A stretch of DNA of 55,864 bases, filler included, from Dugesia japonica (GCA_001938525.1; 4 parts of 4 records of this genome joined end to end with filler, not necessarily neighbours in it), one strand, 5' to 3'. Counted from the first letter of the whole stretch, positions 1-12,574 are shown. A program made the numbers and translations. The notes: generated by a model not told the origin, from the sequence alone.

Positions 1-54
1 TGTTCTAGTTTTATAGTAAAAAATCAAATTAAAGTTTAATTAATAGTTTGAATT

Positions 55-760
55 TTTTATTAAACATTGATTCATTGAAATAATTTCTAAAAATTTATTT
101 TGAAAATAACCCATATAATTGATTGAATAAATTAAGTATGACGAATTGACTAATTTTCAAATAATTTACTGAAAAAGTAAATTAACTTGAATTTATTTAA
201 AAATACAGTAATTTTAGACGAAGTTTTAAAAAAATAGTTAAAATTTTGTCTGGTATATATTTAAATTTATAATACAAATTTTTTATTAAGTGTTGAAAGT
301 TTAGAAATAATTTGTAATTGTTTATTGAAAATATTGTAAATGTTTTGAATAATATCGATTGAATAAATTAATTATGTTGGAATAATATAAAATTCTTATC
401 AGTTTATTAGTAATGTCTACAAATTTTAATTAATAATAANTTTAATTCANGNATTGGTACAATTTTTGATTATGATGGTAGGAATTTATAAAATGTTTTA
501 ATTTTTTGATTAGAGTGCAAATTTTGATTATAAACTTTTTCTAAATGTCATTTCTTAATGTGTTGAATTTTTTAAATCAATAATAGAAATGTTTATTAAG
601 TAGTGATGAATTTTGAAATAATTTGTAAATATTTATTGTAAATAATTTGAATAATATTGATTAAATAAATTAAGTATGATGGGTTTAATAATTTTCAAAT
701 AATTATCAGAAAAGTACCTAAAAACTTTAATTTTAGGTGTTAAATACAATAATTTTAGAC
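55..760. repeat. Degenerate tandem repeat, three copies of a ~230-310 bp unit
   Basis: The block TTATTAA..GAAATAATTT.TAA..TTTATT.....GATTGAATAAATTAA(G/T)TATG recurs near 57-140, 283-380 and 593-680. Confidence 0.55.
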
Positions 761-949
761 ATTTTAAATAAGAAGTGAAAATTAAAGATTGGTTATTATT
801 GATTCTTCTTAATAAAATTTAAGCTTTTACAATTAAAAATTAATTATAAACAGGAAAAATATTTACAATTTATTGTTTCACATTCAGTAAATACTTATAT
901 AAATATTGATAATTCTAAAATTTAAAAATAATTTGACAAACCTTTTAAA

Positions 950-1080
950 ATCACAGCTCACTTACGTAATAATGTCGCGACGAAAAGCTTAGAAATTTCT
1001 AGCTCACTTATGTAATAATTCTTTACGTCAGCGGGGCCGGGAGATAAGCTGGTGCGCCAGCTCATCTATTTACTACTAAT
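950..1080 (+). mobile_element. Helitron/Helentron-like non-autonomous element 3' end
   Basis: GC-rich hairpin AGATAAGCTGG-TGCG-CCAGCTCATCT about 10 nt before CTAAT, preceded by two CTCACTTA(C/T)GTAATAAT motifs; related copy at 40550-40735. Confidence 0.45.
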
Positions 1081-1364
1081 ATAATCAAATATTACTGTTT
1101 TATTTATTTCTAGTCGAATAATCAAAAGATAAAACACCACCAGGCTCATGAATTATAGATGAATAGATTATTGTATAGAAAACATGGTTATTAACTGGTC
1201 AATTATTAACTAAATTTCTTGAATTTTTTGTAATTGATGAAAGTAGTAAAGAATGAAATGGAAATAATATTTATTTATTAATTAAGCATTTGTTTCATTT
1301 AATTGATTTACATTAATACTTAAAAATAAGTATTATAAAAATCAAAAATGTCTAATAATAAGTT

Positions 1365-1450
1365 TAATATATTTAATATTTAATATTTAATATATATTTA
1401 AATATATATTTAATATTTAATATATTTAATAAGTTTAATATATTTAATAC
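1365..1450. repeat. TATTTAA/TATATTTAA minisatellite
   Basis: Directly visible. Confidence 0.8.
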
Positions 1451-3159
1451 GATAATCCAAATATCAATGAAAACGTTTATAAAACTTCATCTATAAATTA
1501 GAAAACCAAAATTTCAAGATCCTTATGAAGTATTTTTAATATCAAGCATAATACATATTATTATATTATTATTATAAATTATTATTATTATTACATTATA
1601 TTATTCCAAAATATTTTTTAATAAATAATGATTTAATATGTAATATTTAAATTAAATTAAATTTATTTAAAAAATAAAAGAACTCCTATAAAATTATCAA
1701 GAAATCTAAACCTATTGATTTCTTTATAAATATAAATTTGAAATTTTAATAATATAATTAATTTTAAATTTTTTATATATCATTATATATTTCTATTCGA
1801 AAATAATTTTTTAACAAAAATTGAAACTTCACAAATGACACGGAGAAAATCAGACTTAAAAATAAAATCCTTCAATCTTGTAGTCTTAGTTCTCGTCTTG
1901 ACCGAATTAATTGTAAATTTTTAATTAACTTAATAATTGTATCAGTAAGTTTTGTTGAAAATAAAATCCGAGATAATCGCAATTCAGATTGACAGACTTT
2001 CAGCTATACATTTAAAACTAACGGAGTATTTTCATTGAAAAAAGTTTTAATAAAATATTATAATAATAATGATAATAATAATAAAAATAATAATAATAAT
2101 ATATTGATAGTAATATTAAGCATAGATTATATTAACATGAAATATTTTTGTAAAAATGAAATTAAAAATTTATATTATATTAAATTGAAAATCAGAGACT
2201 CAAATTTTATTGAGGAAAATACAATTCAAACAAATAATTCATATTTTATTCAAATAAATATTCATAGAACTTAAATATTAAATTGATTTTTTAGCATTGT
2301 TAGCAGCTATGTTTATATAAATTATTAAAATTATGTCAAAATACTGAAAAAACAGAATACATTTTAATATTATGCTAATAATTTTCAAATGCTCGAAAGA
2401 CAATGAATTCACTGGAATACCTCTTGCAAATTTGCTAAATATATAGATACATGTTAAAATGTACTTGTAACCTTTATTAATATTTTAATAAGGTATCATT
2501 TCCATCACATTTATTTGCCATACATCGTCAATATCGAATGTTTTACATGGTCTTGTTGGATATATTTGGATATACACATATGAATGTATTTTAATATTAT
2601 GAGTCATAATTTATGACTAACAAAAAGTTTGTATTAGAAGTAAAAATACAAATAACGATTACAAATAATCAAATACAATAATTGAAAATTTAAAAAAATA
2701 TTTAAACATGAAAATTCTTGGCAACCGCCAAATGTACTAAATAAAACAAATTTTGGAGTTAAATCATAATTGAAGTCAGAGAATTTGAATTATACTTAAA
2801 GATAAAAGTGTAAGAAAATTACAGAAGAATTTATTTCCAAATTGGAGTTAAATCATAATTGAAATCAGAGTAAATTTTATAGTCAGTTATATTTTATTTT
2901 TATAAATTCGTTAATAAAATTTGTTAATTAATAATATTTTTATTGAAAGTATCGCAAATTAACTATTTGATAAATAAATTATTTACATACACATACACTC
3001 CGGCTGTCCCAACGCTGATACATGAGACGCTGCCGGGTTCAACAAAATGTCTTTATAAAATATAATTAACAATAATACTAGTAATAAATTATCTTCCAAA
3101 TAGGAAACATATATAGGAAATTTAAATAAGGTTACTTTCAAACTTAACACTATTTTCTG

Positions 3160-4790
3160 TTTTAACAAGTACAAAACGTGAAGTATTGAAAGAATAAGAC
3201 AGTTATGTTTTGCTCAAAGTGATGTTTATACATATTAGTGTGGTCCGAAAGTCTTTAGACTGTTTATTGGTAACTTTGTTTTGATCAATTGTATTGTTTC
3301 ATTAATAAATTATTAGCTAGTGTTGTATATCAAAATAAAAAGTCAACAAAATTTGTAAGGAAATGCCTCACGAACTAACCTATGAGCAACAAAAAAAAGA
3401 TCGAAATTTGTCAAAACCTCTAACAAAAACTATGTGAAGAACAGTTTTTAAACGAATCATCACTTGCGATGAAAAATGGATTTATTTTAGCAACTATAAC
3501 AGGCAAAATCAGTAGCTCAATCCAAATCAACAAGCTTTTGCTGTAACTTAAAAAGAAAGCTTCGCAAAAAATGTTCTTCTCTGCGTATGGTGGAATCACG
3601 AGGAAATAGTCCATTTCGAGCTTCTTCCAAGCGNAAAAACCATTAATGCAGAACTCTATTCCATGCAATTAGAACGAGTACATGAAGCTTTGAGTTCCCG
3701 TTATCATTCCTTAGTCAATCATAAATACGTTATTCTTCAACAGGATAACGCCAAACCGCATACTTCAAAGGTAACGCTCCAAAAGATTGAAGAGCTACAG
3801 TATAATCTTTTACCTAATCTTGGCTATAGTTTAGACTTAGCGCCATCAGATTACTACTTATTCAAGTCAATGGAACATTTTCTACGGGGACGCTTCTTTC
3901 CTTCAATTGACGAGGTAGAAAATGCCTGTCGAGAATTTTTCTCTTCCAAAGACAGGGCATGGTATGCCAGATGAATCTATCGGCTTGCAAAAATATGGCA
4001 GAAGACTATTCAGCAGAATGGTTTATATTATAAAGAATAAATTTTTGTTTAATGTATTGTATGAAGTTTTTATATTTTGCTTTAATTAGTCTAAAGACTT
4101 TCCGACCACCATAATACTTGCGGCCTTTTAAAGAAAACAAAGAATTTGTAGAAATATATCTGAATTGATAGGATGAATTAATAATTCCAAATTGTATTTT
4201 GAAGTACTGGATTCCGAAGTTTGGATGCACGAAAGTGACACGTTCTGATTGTGAAAGAGTCTTTGAAGCTTAAGAGATGAACGAATTTGCAGATAAAGCA
4301 AAGATTAAGTGGCAAATGTCGAGTCTATATCATCATATGACCAACAGTATAATTAAACGATAGTTTTAGACGATTACATATCTTTTAAATGCATCAAAGT
4401 GAGAAAGAAGAACTACGCATTGGATAGACATCCTCTCAGAAGTAGAGTTCATAATTAATGCGCCTAAACAGAAACCAACACAGTTTTGTCCAGCAGGTTA
4501 GTATTCGTGGACCATGAATCATGAAAGGGTGATAGTCAGAAAAGAAAACGAATGAGGATCAATTGTTAGATTTGAATGATGGGAAAACAATACAGACAAG
4601 AAAATAATTTTAATTAGGTAAAGTCCTGGTAGAATAAGAATCTCTAGATAAAAACTAAAATCAACATGAAAGAGCGTAATTAATATTAAAAAAGTTTCTT
4701 GACAGACGCAAAGTGGTAAAAGATAAAGATGGGAAAGGATTGAAGCGGAACATCAAAACCCTTAAAAAATTTAAACCAAGCTGAATGTCA
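3160..4790 (+). mobile_element. Gypsy LTR-retrotransposon integrase relic, interrupted by a mariner
   Basis: Removing 3235-4116 restores FIHTCGLL (cf. xIDxCGPL); downstream degenerate frames give SSLYHHMTNSIIKR and WIDILSEVEFIINA (rve core); many stops and frameshifts. Confidence 0.55.
3235..4114 (+). mobile_element. Mariner (DD34D) transposon, internally deleted, 880 bp
   Basis: TIRs TTAGTGTGGTCCGAAAGTCTTTAGACT (3235) and AGTCTAAAGACTTTCCGACCACCATAA (ends 4114), TA duplication on both sides; transposase motifs PHELT, ITCDEKW, QQDNAKPH, YSLDLAPSDYYLF. Confidence 0.95.
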
Positions 4791-5424
4791 GTATAAGTAA
4801 ATGACAATTTTTTAGTTTAAAGTTTAGAAATTAATTAGAAATTAATTTTAATAAAGAAACAAAGAGTTTGTTTAAATGTATAGAGTTTGAGAGAATTAGG
4901 AAAAATAAATAGAAACGTATAATTAGTAATTTTTAATTTTATTGAATAAAATAGATTTGATAAATTAACAAGTATCAATTGGAAGACGAAGGTCTTTCTT
5001 GTATTTATTTATTTCAGCCATAGAAACAATAACTTAAGTGAAATTTATAAGAAATTTACAGAATAATTATTATATTTAATTTTGGAATAAATATGACAAA
5101 ATTATGACTGAGTCTTATATAAATGAGTTATGTTCTTCTTCTAATAATTATAATTATTTTAAATTTAATTTCATAAGTAGAAAAAAAAACAAAATAACTT
5201 AAAAAATATTTTAATTTCCAGGTTTTATTTTAAATTTACAAAACACTTAAAATTTTCATCATAAAACGTCAAATAAATTTCTAATAGAAAGGAAATGTTA
5301 TTTTGTAAGTTTAAACAAATATAATTTCATGCTATCAAATATTTTTATGCATGAAAAAAANNNNNNNNNNNNNNNNNNNNNNNNNNNGTTTAGAAAATAA
5401 TATATAATTCAATAAGAACTTTTT

Positions 5425-6738
5425 TTAACAATTCAAGCATTTTTTACTGTGTGGATTAGTAATTATTGTATTACTACATCCTCCTCCGTAAATACTTGAT
5501 CGTGCATTTGACATTGTTTTGTTATTCGTATCGACAGAGTAAATACATTTGTCAAGTTTTAGAATTTGCAGAAGATATTTTCGGAATTGTCTACCAGTCA
5601 GTAAATAAATCAATACATTAAAACAATAATGAGTTATTGAAAATAAATCGACAAATTCTTTAACGGTTTGATGTCGGAAAAATGTCCTCCAATTAGGATC
5701 GTGTTCGATTTCTTCATCAGATAGGCATTCATTTCCATCAGATATAAAAAACTGTGACACATATACAGCTCCCGATGGGAGAGTCGTAAAGATTTGATAA
5801 AAGGAAACTGTTAGTAACATGATTGTTGTCGATCGAAAATTAACTCCACCAGAACTTTGGAATCTTTGTAATTTCTGAGTATTATTAACAAATGCAAATC
5901 GTTTGATACTAGACTCTCCGATTTTTTGATTTAAAAGCTTTGATTTTTCAGCATTTGTTTCAGACAATTCTAATTCTTTTTTTGGCGATAAAGAAACTTT
6001 CTTCTCACCGATTGAAGATTCCGTTTTAGACACTTTGGTTACTTTATTAGATTTTTCCAAATCTTGTTTTAATGGATTTAAGACTATTGATTTTAATTCG
6101 TAAATTACTAGAATATTGAAAACTAAAGTACAAATTGGTACTCCACCAGACATTAAAAATTCAACAGCTGTAGTGAACCCTTGATTTAACATACTACTTT
6201 GCCAACTGTCTCTAAATTTACATGCTTTTTGGTCGTTATTTGTTGACCAGCCAAATGCTTGAACAAGTCCGATCATCAACATAATGATAAAAATTAAAGT
6301 GATGGCTAAATAAGCTCTTTTAGACGTACACCATCGTTCTCTTTTCAAAGGATAACAGACTGCAATCCACCTTTCAAGTGTAAACGCTAGAACAAGTGGT
6401 GATGAATTATATTGAAACATTAAATAGACCATTTGAAATATTTCACAGACTCCAGTATAATCAAAAACTTTAAGTCGCCAAGCAAATTTTAAATAATGCA
6501 TAAAATGAGTTACAAGTAGAATAAGATCACTGAGAGACAATGCTGATAAGTATGTGGCAGAAGAATTGTTTCTTCTTATCCTTGGATTAGTCCAAATTAG
6601 AAATGATACAGAATTACCAATTAAACCAGTAAATAACAAAACCGGTGTCACCCATCGGTGGCATAAAGCCGCTAAACCCAAGAATTTTAGTCTAAATTCA
6701 ATATTGGTTGGGTATCTAATATAAACACTGCAATTCAT
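5425..6738 (-). CDS. Class A (rhodopsin-like) GPCR, FMRFamide/myosuppressin/Srw-like peptide receptor group, 437 aa, intronless CDS
   Basis: Seven hydrophobic segments; GLIGN (TM1), LSLSDL (TM2), LERWIAVCYPL (TM3), TTLP (TM6), FNVLIY..TGRQFR (TM7/helix 8); splice-acceptor-like TTTTAG 16 nt upstream of the ATG. Confidence 0.95.
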   Translation of the reverse strand: MNCSVYIRYPTNIEFRLKFLGLAALCHRWVTPVLLFTGLIGNSVSFLIWTNPRIRRNNSSATYLSALSLSDLILLVTHFMHYLKFAWRLKVFDYTGVCEIFQMVYLMFQYNSSPLVLAFTLERWIAVCYPLKRERWCTSKRAYLAITLIFIIMLMIGLVQAFGWSTNNDQKACKFRDSWQSSMLNQGFTTAVEFLMSGGVPICTLVFNILVIYELKSIVLNPLKQDLEKSNKVTKVSKTESSIGEKKVSLSPKKELELSETNAEKSKLLNQKIGESSIKRFAFVNNTQKLQRFQSSGGVNFRSTTIMLLTVSFYQIFTTLPSGAVYVSQFFISDGNECLSDEEIEHDPNWRTFFRHQTVKEFVDLFSITHYCFNVLIYLLTGRQFRKYLLQILKLDKCIYSVDTNNKTMSNARSSIYGGGCSNTIITNPHSKKCLNC

Positions 6739-7140
6739 TTTTCTTGATTAAATATCTAAAAGATGACATTTATTAATATTATAATAAAAAAATACGATAA
6801 TTAAAGTGTAACAATATTTATCAATTCTAGTAATTAAATAACAATTAATTATTATTATTATTATTANNNTTATTATTATTATTAATATTATTAAACACAA
6901 ATATAATGGAAATATAACGGAGGAATTATATTTTTGTTCTCATTAACGAATCTTCTCATTTGTAAAACTGTGGAAATCAATGGCTTAACTAGGGAAAATA
7001 CGAAAACAATTTGTTTAAATTTCATTTTCGGTGGTTTCAATCAACATGATAAATAAAAATTTTATACAAAAAATTTATTGCACTGAAATGACAATATCTC
7101 TAAAATTGTAGACTTTAAAAGGAATTTATCTAGGAAAAAG

Positions 7141-7208
<68 letters not shown>

Positions 7209-7258
7209 NNNNNNNNNNNNNNNNNNNNNNNNNNNNNNNNNNNNNNNNNNNNNNNNNN

Positions 7259-7312
<54 letters not shown>

Positions 7313-7330
7313 CATCATCAGTATTATTAT
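7141..7330. repeat. (ATT)n microsatellite containing a gap
   Basis: Directly visible. Confidence 0.95.
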
Positions 7331-7557
7331 TCTTACTATTACTATAAATAATAGTAATAATAATATTATTACGATAAGGAAATAATGAAGAATTTCAACC
7401 AATATAAATGGATTAAAACAATTATTAGTATTTATTTAGTTACCATTTATTTGCCATTTATTTAATTAAATATTTTTGTTAATATTGAAATAACTTATGC
7501 CTGGAATTAATAGTTGTGATTTGGAAAATAAATCATCATTGGAAATCTTACCTAATA

Positions 7558-7720
7558 TGGTGGCAGCGGTAAATACTTATTCAATTACAGATTATTACAG
7601 GTTATTACCAAATGTGTTTTTTAAAGGAGATGACATTGAAAAATTTATTAAGCGTTGTGATTTGCCTTTTGATGATATTAATAAAAACATTACTAAGAAA
7701 AACAACAGTACAGATTAGTT
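7558..7720 (+). mobile_element. LTR-retrotransposon primer-binding site (tRNA-Leu type) and start of a gag-like frame
   Basis: TGGTGGCAGCGGT at 7558-7570 is complementary to a tRNA-Leu 3' end (ACCGCTGCCACCA); followed by LLPNVFFKGDDIEKFIKRCD. Confidence 0.5.
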
Positions 7721-8099
7721 TCTTGGACCTGTCATAAAAAAACATATGAGTTTAGCTTGTGCAAATAAAATACCAATAGGAATGGTTGAAATAATGCCAC
7801 ACCTCTGGAGAGAAGAATAACAGATTAAGCAGACATTATAGGAAAATGATTGTATAATGAACGCAACAAAGCAGAAAACAATTAGAAAAAGCCAGCTTGA
7901 GATCGTATTTTGAAAGAAAATTGACAGAGTAAAATGATAAGTGTCAGTAGTTTAAGAGAAAACTAAAGACAAAATTTTAGAAGTGACTACAAATTGAGAA
8001 TTCACAGTAGAAAATTATTTACTCATCAAAAACTGATAGTGTTTTTTTTACAAATCCTGACAGTTTTTGTGACAGACAATATAAAAGTAATTTGCTTCA

Positions 8100-8870
8100 A
8101 GAACTAAGTTATCGTTCTAGGTACTTCCCTTCTATTTGATCAGAGCAGATAAAAGTCTAAATAAATTAATTGAGTTCGTTCATAAAGCAGGGTATATTAA
8201 ATTTTTTACATACATATAAGTCTTTGAAACGTTTAATAAATTAAATAGTGATTTGTCTCCTGCTGATGTGTGTGAGGTTGTATTAAAAAATCCAAAACTT
8301 TTTGGTTGTCTTTATCTTATTCCGAAGGCTTTAAAACATTTAAACTTTCAATTGAAAATGCTCTTAAGTATATTTTAAATATAAAAATTGTTTCACAATC
8401 TCGTAAGAATTTAAATATATTCAAAAATAAATCATTAACATTTTTAGGCTTGTGTTTTGATCTGGTCTATTAATTTAAATATAACGGATGAAACGACACA
8501 TACATTGGAGAGACCTCCCATCATCTATGCACTAGAGTACAAGAGTATAATCAAAATAGTGGAAATAGTCTTATTGTTAATCATCGAAGAAAATGTAAAT
8601 ATTCAATATGGTTTTCTGATTTTAAAATCTTGTGCAGCAGATTTAATAATTATTGGAAGCAGTCCATGTGTGAAGCTTTGTCGATATAGACTTTAAATCA
8701 TAAAACTAATGCTTATTTGACTAAGTCAACAACGCTCTTAAAATTATTTTACTGATAATTTATTGAGAATACATAATTGGAATTACAGAATCATTTAAAC
8801 TTTAATAAATAGTTTGTTTTAATAAGTTCCAATTTCCAGATAATGACGGTTATTGTATATCAATTTGTAT
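8100..8870 (+). mobile_element. Penelope-like element relic 1 (GIY-YIG endonuclease)
   Basis: 8462-8600 translates LVY*FKYNG*NDTYIGETSHHLCTRVQEY; remnant CAGATAATGACGGTT of the family hammerhead at ~8837. Confidence 0.7.
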
Positions 8871-9057
8871 ATTTGTATATCATGCATTGTAATTGTATTC
8901 ATTATTATAATTTTTCATAAATATTAGCTGAAAACGATTTGATTTTTAACGATGGGGCTGTATGCCCACTAGCTACCAACAATAATAATAGTAGTAATGT
9001 TAGTATAATTATAATTATAATAATAATAAATAAATAACGCCATTTAAAATAAAGTGT

Positions 9058-9100
9058 TATTGTTATATATTTTGACGGATCAACCGTCATCATCTGTTAA
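9058..9100 (-). ncRNA. Degenerate minimal type-I hammerhead ribozyme motif (family A, inverted copy)
   Basis: Minus strand reads CAGAUGA U GACGG UUGAU CCGUC AAAA UAUAUA ACAAU; perfect helix II, core substitutions at U4 and G12. Confidence 0.55.
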
Positions 9101-9861
9101 AAATAAAAATTGTTTCTACTTCACATAAGATTGTTAATAGCTTTGTTAATATATGTCAAACACCAATTGGTTTGTGTTCTAACCTTGTTTATCAATCTAA
9201 ATGTAATGGGTGTGATGCCACATACATTGGAAAGACTGCCTGTCATCTATGTACAAATCTTCTAGAGAATAATCATTTTGGTAGTGGTAGTAATATTGCT
9301 GAGCATAAAAATAAAATAAAAGTAAATTTAATGCGAATATTGAAATTTCAAATTTAAAGATTATGTCTGTGCTATTTCAAAATTATTGGTATAGAGTGTT
9401 ATATGAGGCGTTAATGATTAGATTTCATAATCCAAGCATTAATGTACAGAGAACTCTTTCGACAAAATTGATTAAAATATTTAGATATAAAAAATTTTAA
9501 ATTGTTAGGTTTTAATATATTTTCAAGTTTTCATGGGTTTATAAAGATTTTCTAATATATTATTTAAAATAATTTTTTTTTAATTAAATTTTATTATTTT
9601 ATAGGTTTTGAAATGATTTTAATACGTTTTAAAATTAAAACTTTTTAATACTTTTGAGAAACGGTTTTTTTGGATTATTTGATTTTTATATGTTAAACAT
9701 AGTAATCTTAATAAAATATTATGGGAAAAATTTTCATTAGAATATAAATTAATCTTTTATTAAAAATTTTAAAAATAAAGAATTACCGCCACCTTATATT
9801 CAGTATAATTGCTTGAATCTTTGTTTAAATAATATAGACTGAATAAATTCATTTTTTCATT

Positions 9862-9905
9862 TTTGTCTGATGTTGACTGTTGATCCGTCGAAATATATTA
9901 CAATA
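9862..9905 (+). ncRNA. Minimal type-I hammerhead ribozyme motif (family A)
   Basis: UUGU CUGAUGU U GACUG UUGAU CCGUC GAAA UAUA UU ACAA: helix I UUGU/ACAA, helix II, palindromic helix III; A9 substituted. Confidence 0.6.
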
Positions 9906-9968
9906 AAATTTTATTTTAAATGGCGTTATTTATTTTTTATTAAACATTTGGCATCGTTTTTTATATAT

Positions 9969-9969
<1 letters not shown>

Positions 9970-10029
<60 letters not shown>

Positions 10030-10079
10030 NNNNNNNNNNNNNNNNNNNNNNNNNNNNNNNNNNNNNNNNNNNNNNNNNN

Positions 10080-10143
<64 letters not shown>
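9970..10143. repeat. (AAT)n microsatellite containing a gap
   Basis: Directly visible; begins just after the pLTR. Confidence 0.95.
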
Positions 10144-11801
10144 TTTGTTTTATTATCATTTTATTATTTTTATCATTTTATTATTGAAATTGTCGAAATT
10201 AAATTAGTTAAATATTATTACACAAACATTTAACTTGATTGCAAATGTTATTTTAAATATTTCTGAGCATTTTTAAAATTATCATAGTTAATTAGAAAGG
10301 CTGTTGAGGTTTTATTCAGTAGTAAAGCTGATATTCAATTGAACATCCGCTAACAATTATTTTAGAAGAAAACAAAATCATGATTTTGCAAGCAGTCTTA
10401 CTTTAATTTCTTTTTGAAATGTTTATGCTTCAGTTCCACGAGTTGTGTTGTTTAAAACTTTGCTTCCTTTTCTATTGGATATCAAAATTGATTTTTTCTT
10501 TGGAGCTATAGTATTTCTACTGTGTAATTTAATTTTAGTTTACTATCTATAAACTATATTTTACGAAAATTTATATTTAATATATATTTATTCATTTTCT
10601 TTGAATAACAAGAATTTAATTAAAACAAAATTTATTTGTTAACTATTTAAAATTATTTTAGAAAATTATAAAAAATCAAGTAAATGTCTAGGAATAATTA
10701 GAATATGATGTGTTCGTGCAAATTAACGAAATTAAAATATGTTAAATTGTTCGAATAATATTTTATTACATTAACCAGAATTCTTTGAAAATAAAGCATA
10801 ATAACTCTGTAATTATTCCCATAAGGTTGTAAAAAATAATAAAATTTTAAATTAATTAAGTAAAATGATAAAATAATTAAATTGAACATTTGCAAAGATT
10901 TTCGTATGGAAATTATATTGAGTTGTGGAATAAGTTCTACGCTAGTTTCAAATAATGAATTAATCACAAGTTGTTTAAATAATATTCATGTATATTTGGC
11001 AGTGTAATAATTTCAGAACAAAAACGTTTTAATTTTTCTTATTTTTAGAACACAGAAAGCTTATCAAACCGAATACATAAAAAAAGTATTATATCTGTTT
11101 ATTGCTTTTATTCAGAAAAGGGTAAAAGCAACGAGGTGATGTGTGAACTGTGTAAATCTATGTTTACCACTGAAAGTAATGAAATCTTATAATACATAAA
11201 TAAATGAAATAAATAATGAATTAATTAAAATCGATATTAAAAATATAAGAAATAAATAAGAAATACATAATCATATAAATATAAATATAAATGAAGGTGT
11301 ATAAACTAAAAAAATATGTAAACTAAAATAAAAATTTCTCTGTAATGACCAAGTTATTATTAAATCTTGCTAATGTAAATAATCAAAAATTGAAATTTGT
11401 TTTAATTCAATTGCATTAAATTTGAAAATAAAAATAATGGGAAACTCTTGTCTCAGATAATTGAAAAAACCGGTTGCAAAGATAAGGTAAATATTAGCTC
11501 TGTTTATATTTTGTATAATTAACATTTTTCCTAAGAACTAAGTTCATTTCTGTTAAATAATCAAAAANNNNNNNNNNNNNNNNNNNNNNNNNNTTTTTTT
11601 GAAATTTTTGATTGATTTATATTATTTTAAGTAGGTACGTAATAGCGCACTGCCACAAATCCCCCCGCTTTTTAAGCGACAAAAGTTTCCTCGGTGAGGT
11701 CAAATCAGATCTGATTTGGCTGGTTTTAGGTGAATTTGGTTGATAATTTACNNNNNNNNNNNNNNNNNNNNNNNNNNNNNNNNNNNNNNNNNNNNNNNNN
11801 N

Positions 11802-12060
11802 TTAGCTCTGTTTATATTTTGTATAATTAACATTTTTCCTAAGAACTAAGTTCATTTCTGTTAAATAATCAAAAAGTAATAAAAATAATTAGCAGATATT
11901 ATTTTTTTGAAATTTTTGATTGATTTATATTATTTTAAGTAGGTACGTAATAGCGCACTGCCACAAATCCCCCCGCTTTTTAAGCGACAAAAGTTTCCTC
12001 GGTGAGGTCAAATCAGATCTGATTTGGCTGGTTTTAGGTGAATTTGGTTGATAATTTACT
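11802..12060 (-). mobile_element. LTR-retrotransposon polypurine tract and start of 3' LTR (also duplicated at 11494-11751 across a gap)
   Basis: Minus strand AAAAAGCGGGGGGA-TT-TGTGGCAG: PPT at 11968-11981, then a TG LTR start at 11965. Confidence 0.45.
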
Positions 12061-12574
12061 CAGTAAGATTTTATCTTTTATTTGTTTATTAAGGAGAATT
12101 TTCTCATTAGGTTCAATTTTAGACAATCTTGGTCAATAATAATCTCACAATAGTCGAATAATTTAATATAGGTAATTTTTGTGGCTTAAATGAACAGCCG
12201 TCTAAAAAGCCTAAAAAAATATTGCTACTTAAAGAGTCTCAAAAATACTGCCACTTCAAAATTACATAATAAAATTAATTTTCTGATTATGTTATTACAT
12301 GATTGATTAAAATATCAAATTTCAGATAATCTCATTACACAACAGGAATAAGTTACGTCAGTAAGAGAATTCTTGCAGTGTATGTACTCTTTTAAATTCT
12401 ATTGAATTATATTTATGAATTTACATAATTTTAAATTCTGATTTAAACAAACTTTCATGACGGATTTCGTAAATGTTTTGCAAGGTTTTTCATATATTTT
12501 AAAATTAATTTATAATTAATTTATTTAATTTATTTTCACTTAACTAATTACTGATTAATGTTTTTCGGGTTTTC

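Larger units (their letters stand above)
9030..9935 (+). mobile_element. Penelope-like element relic 2: inverted 5' pLTR piece, GIY-YIG endonuclease, 3' pLTR
   Basis: ORF 9172-9357 NLVYQSKCNGCDATYIGKTACHL..SNIAEH, then YEALMIRFHNPSINVQ; 9030-9110 is an inverted copy of 9855-9935. Confidence 0.85.

Noticed and set aside
8905-10082. Paralogous small peptides MMTVDPSKYIT / MLTVDPSKYIT
   Set aside because: They are translations of the inverted pLTR/hammerhead repeat running into microsatellites
11494-12060. ~260-bp exact tandem duplication
   Set aside because: Identical copies flank an N gap; most likely an unmerged contig overlap
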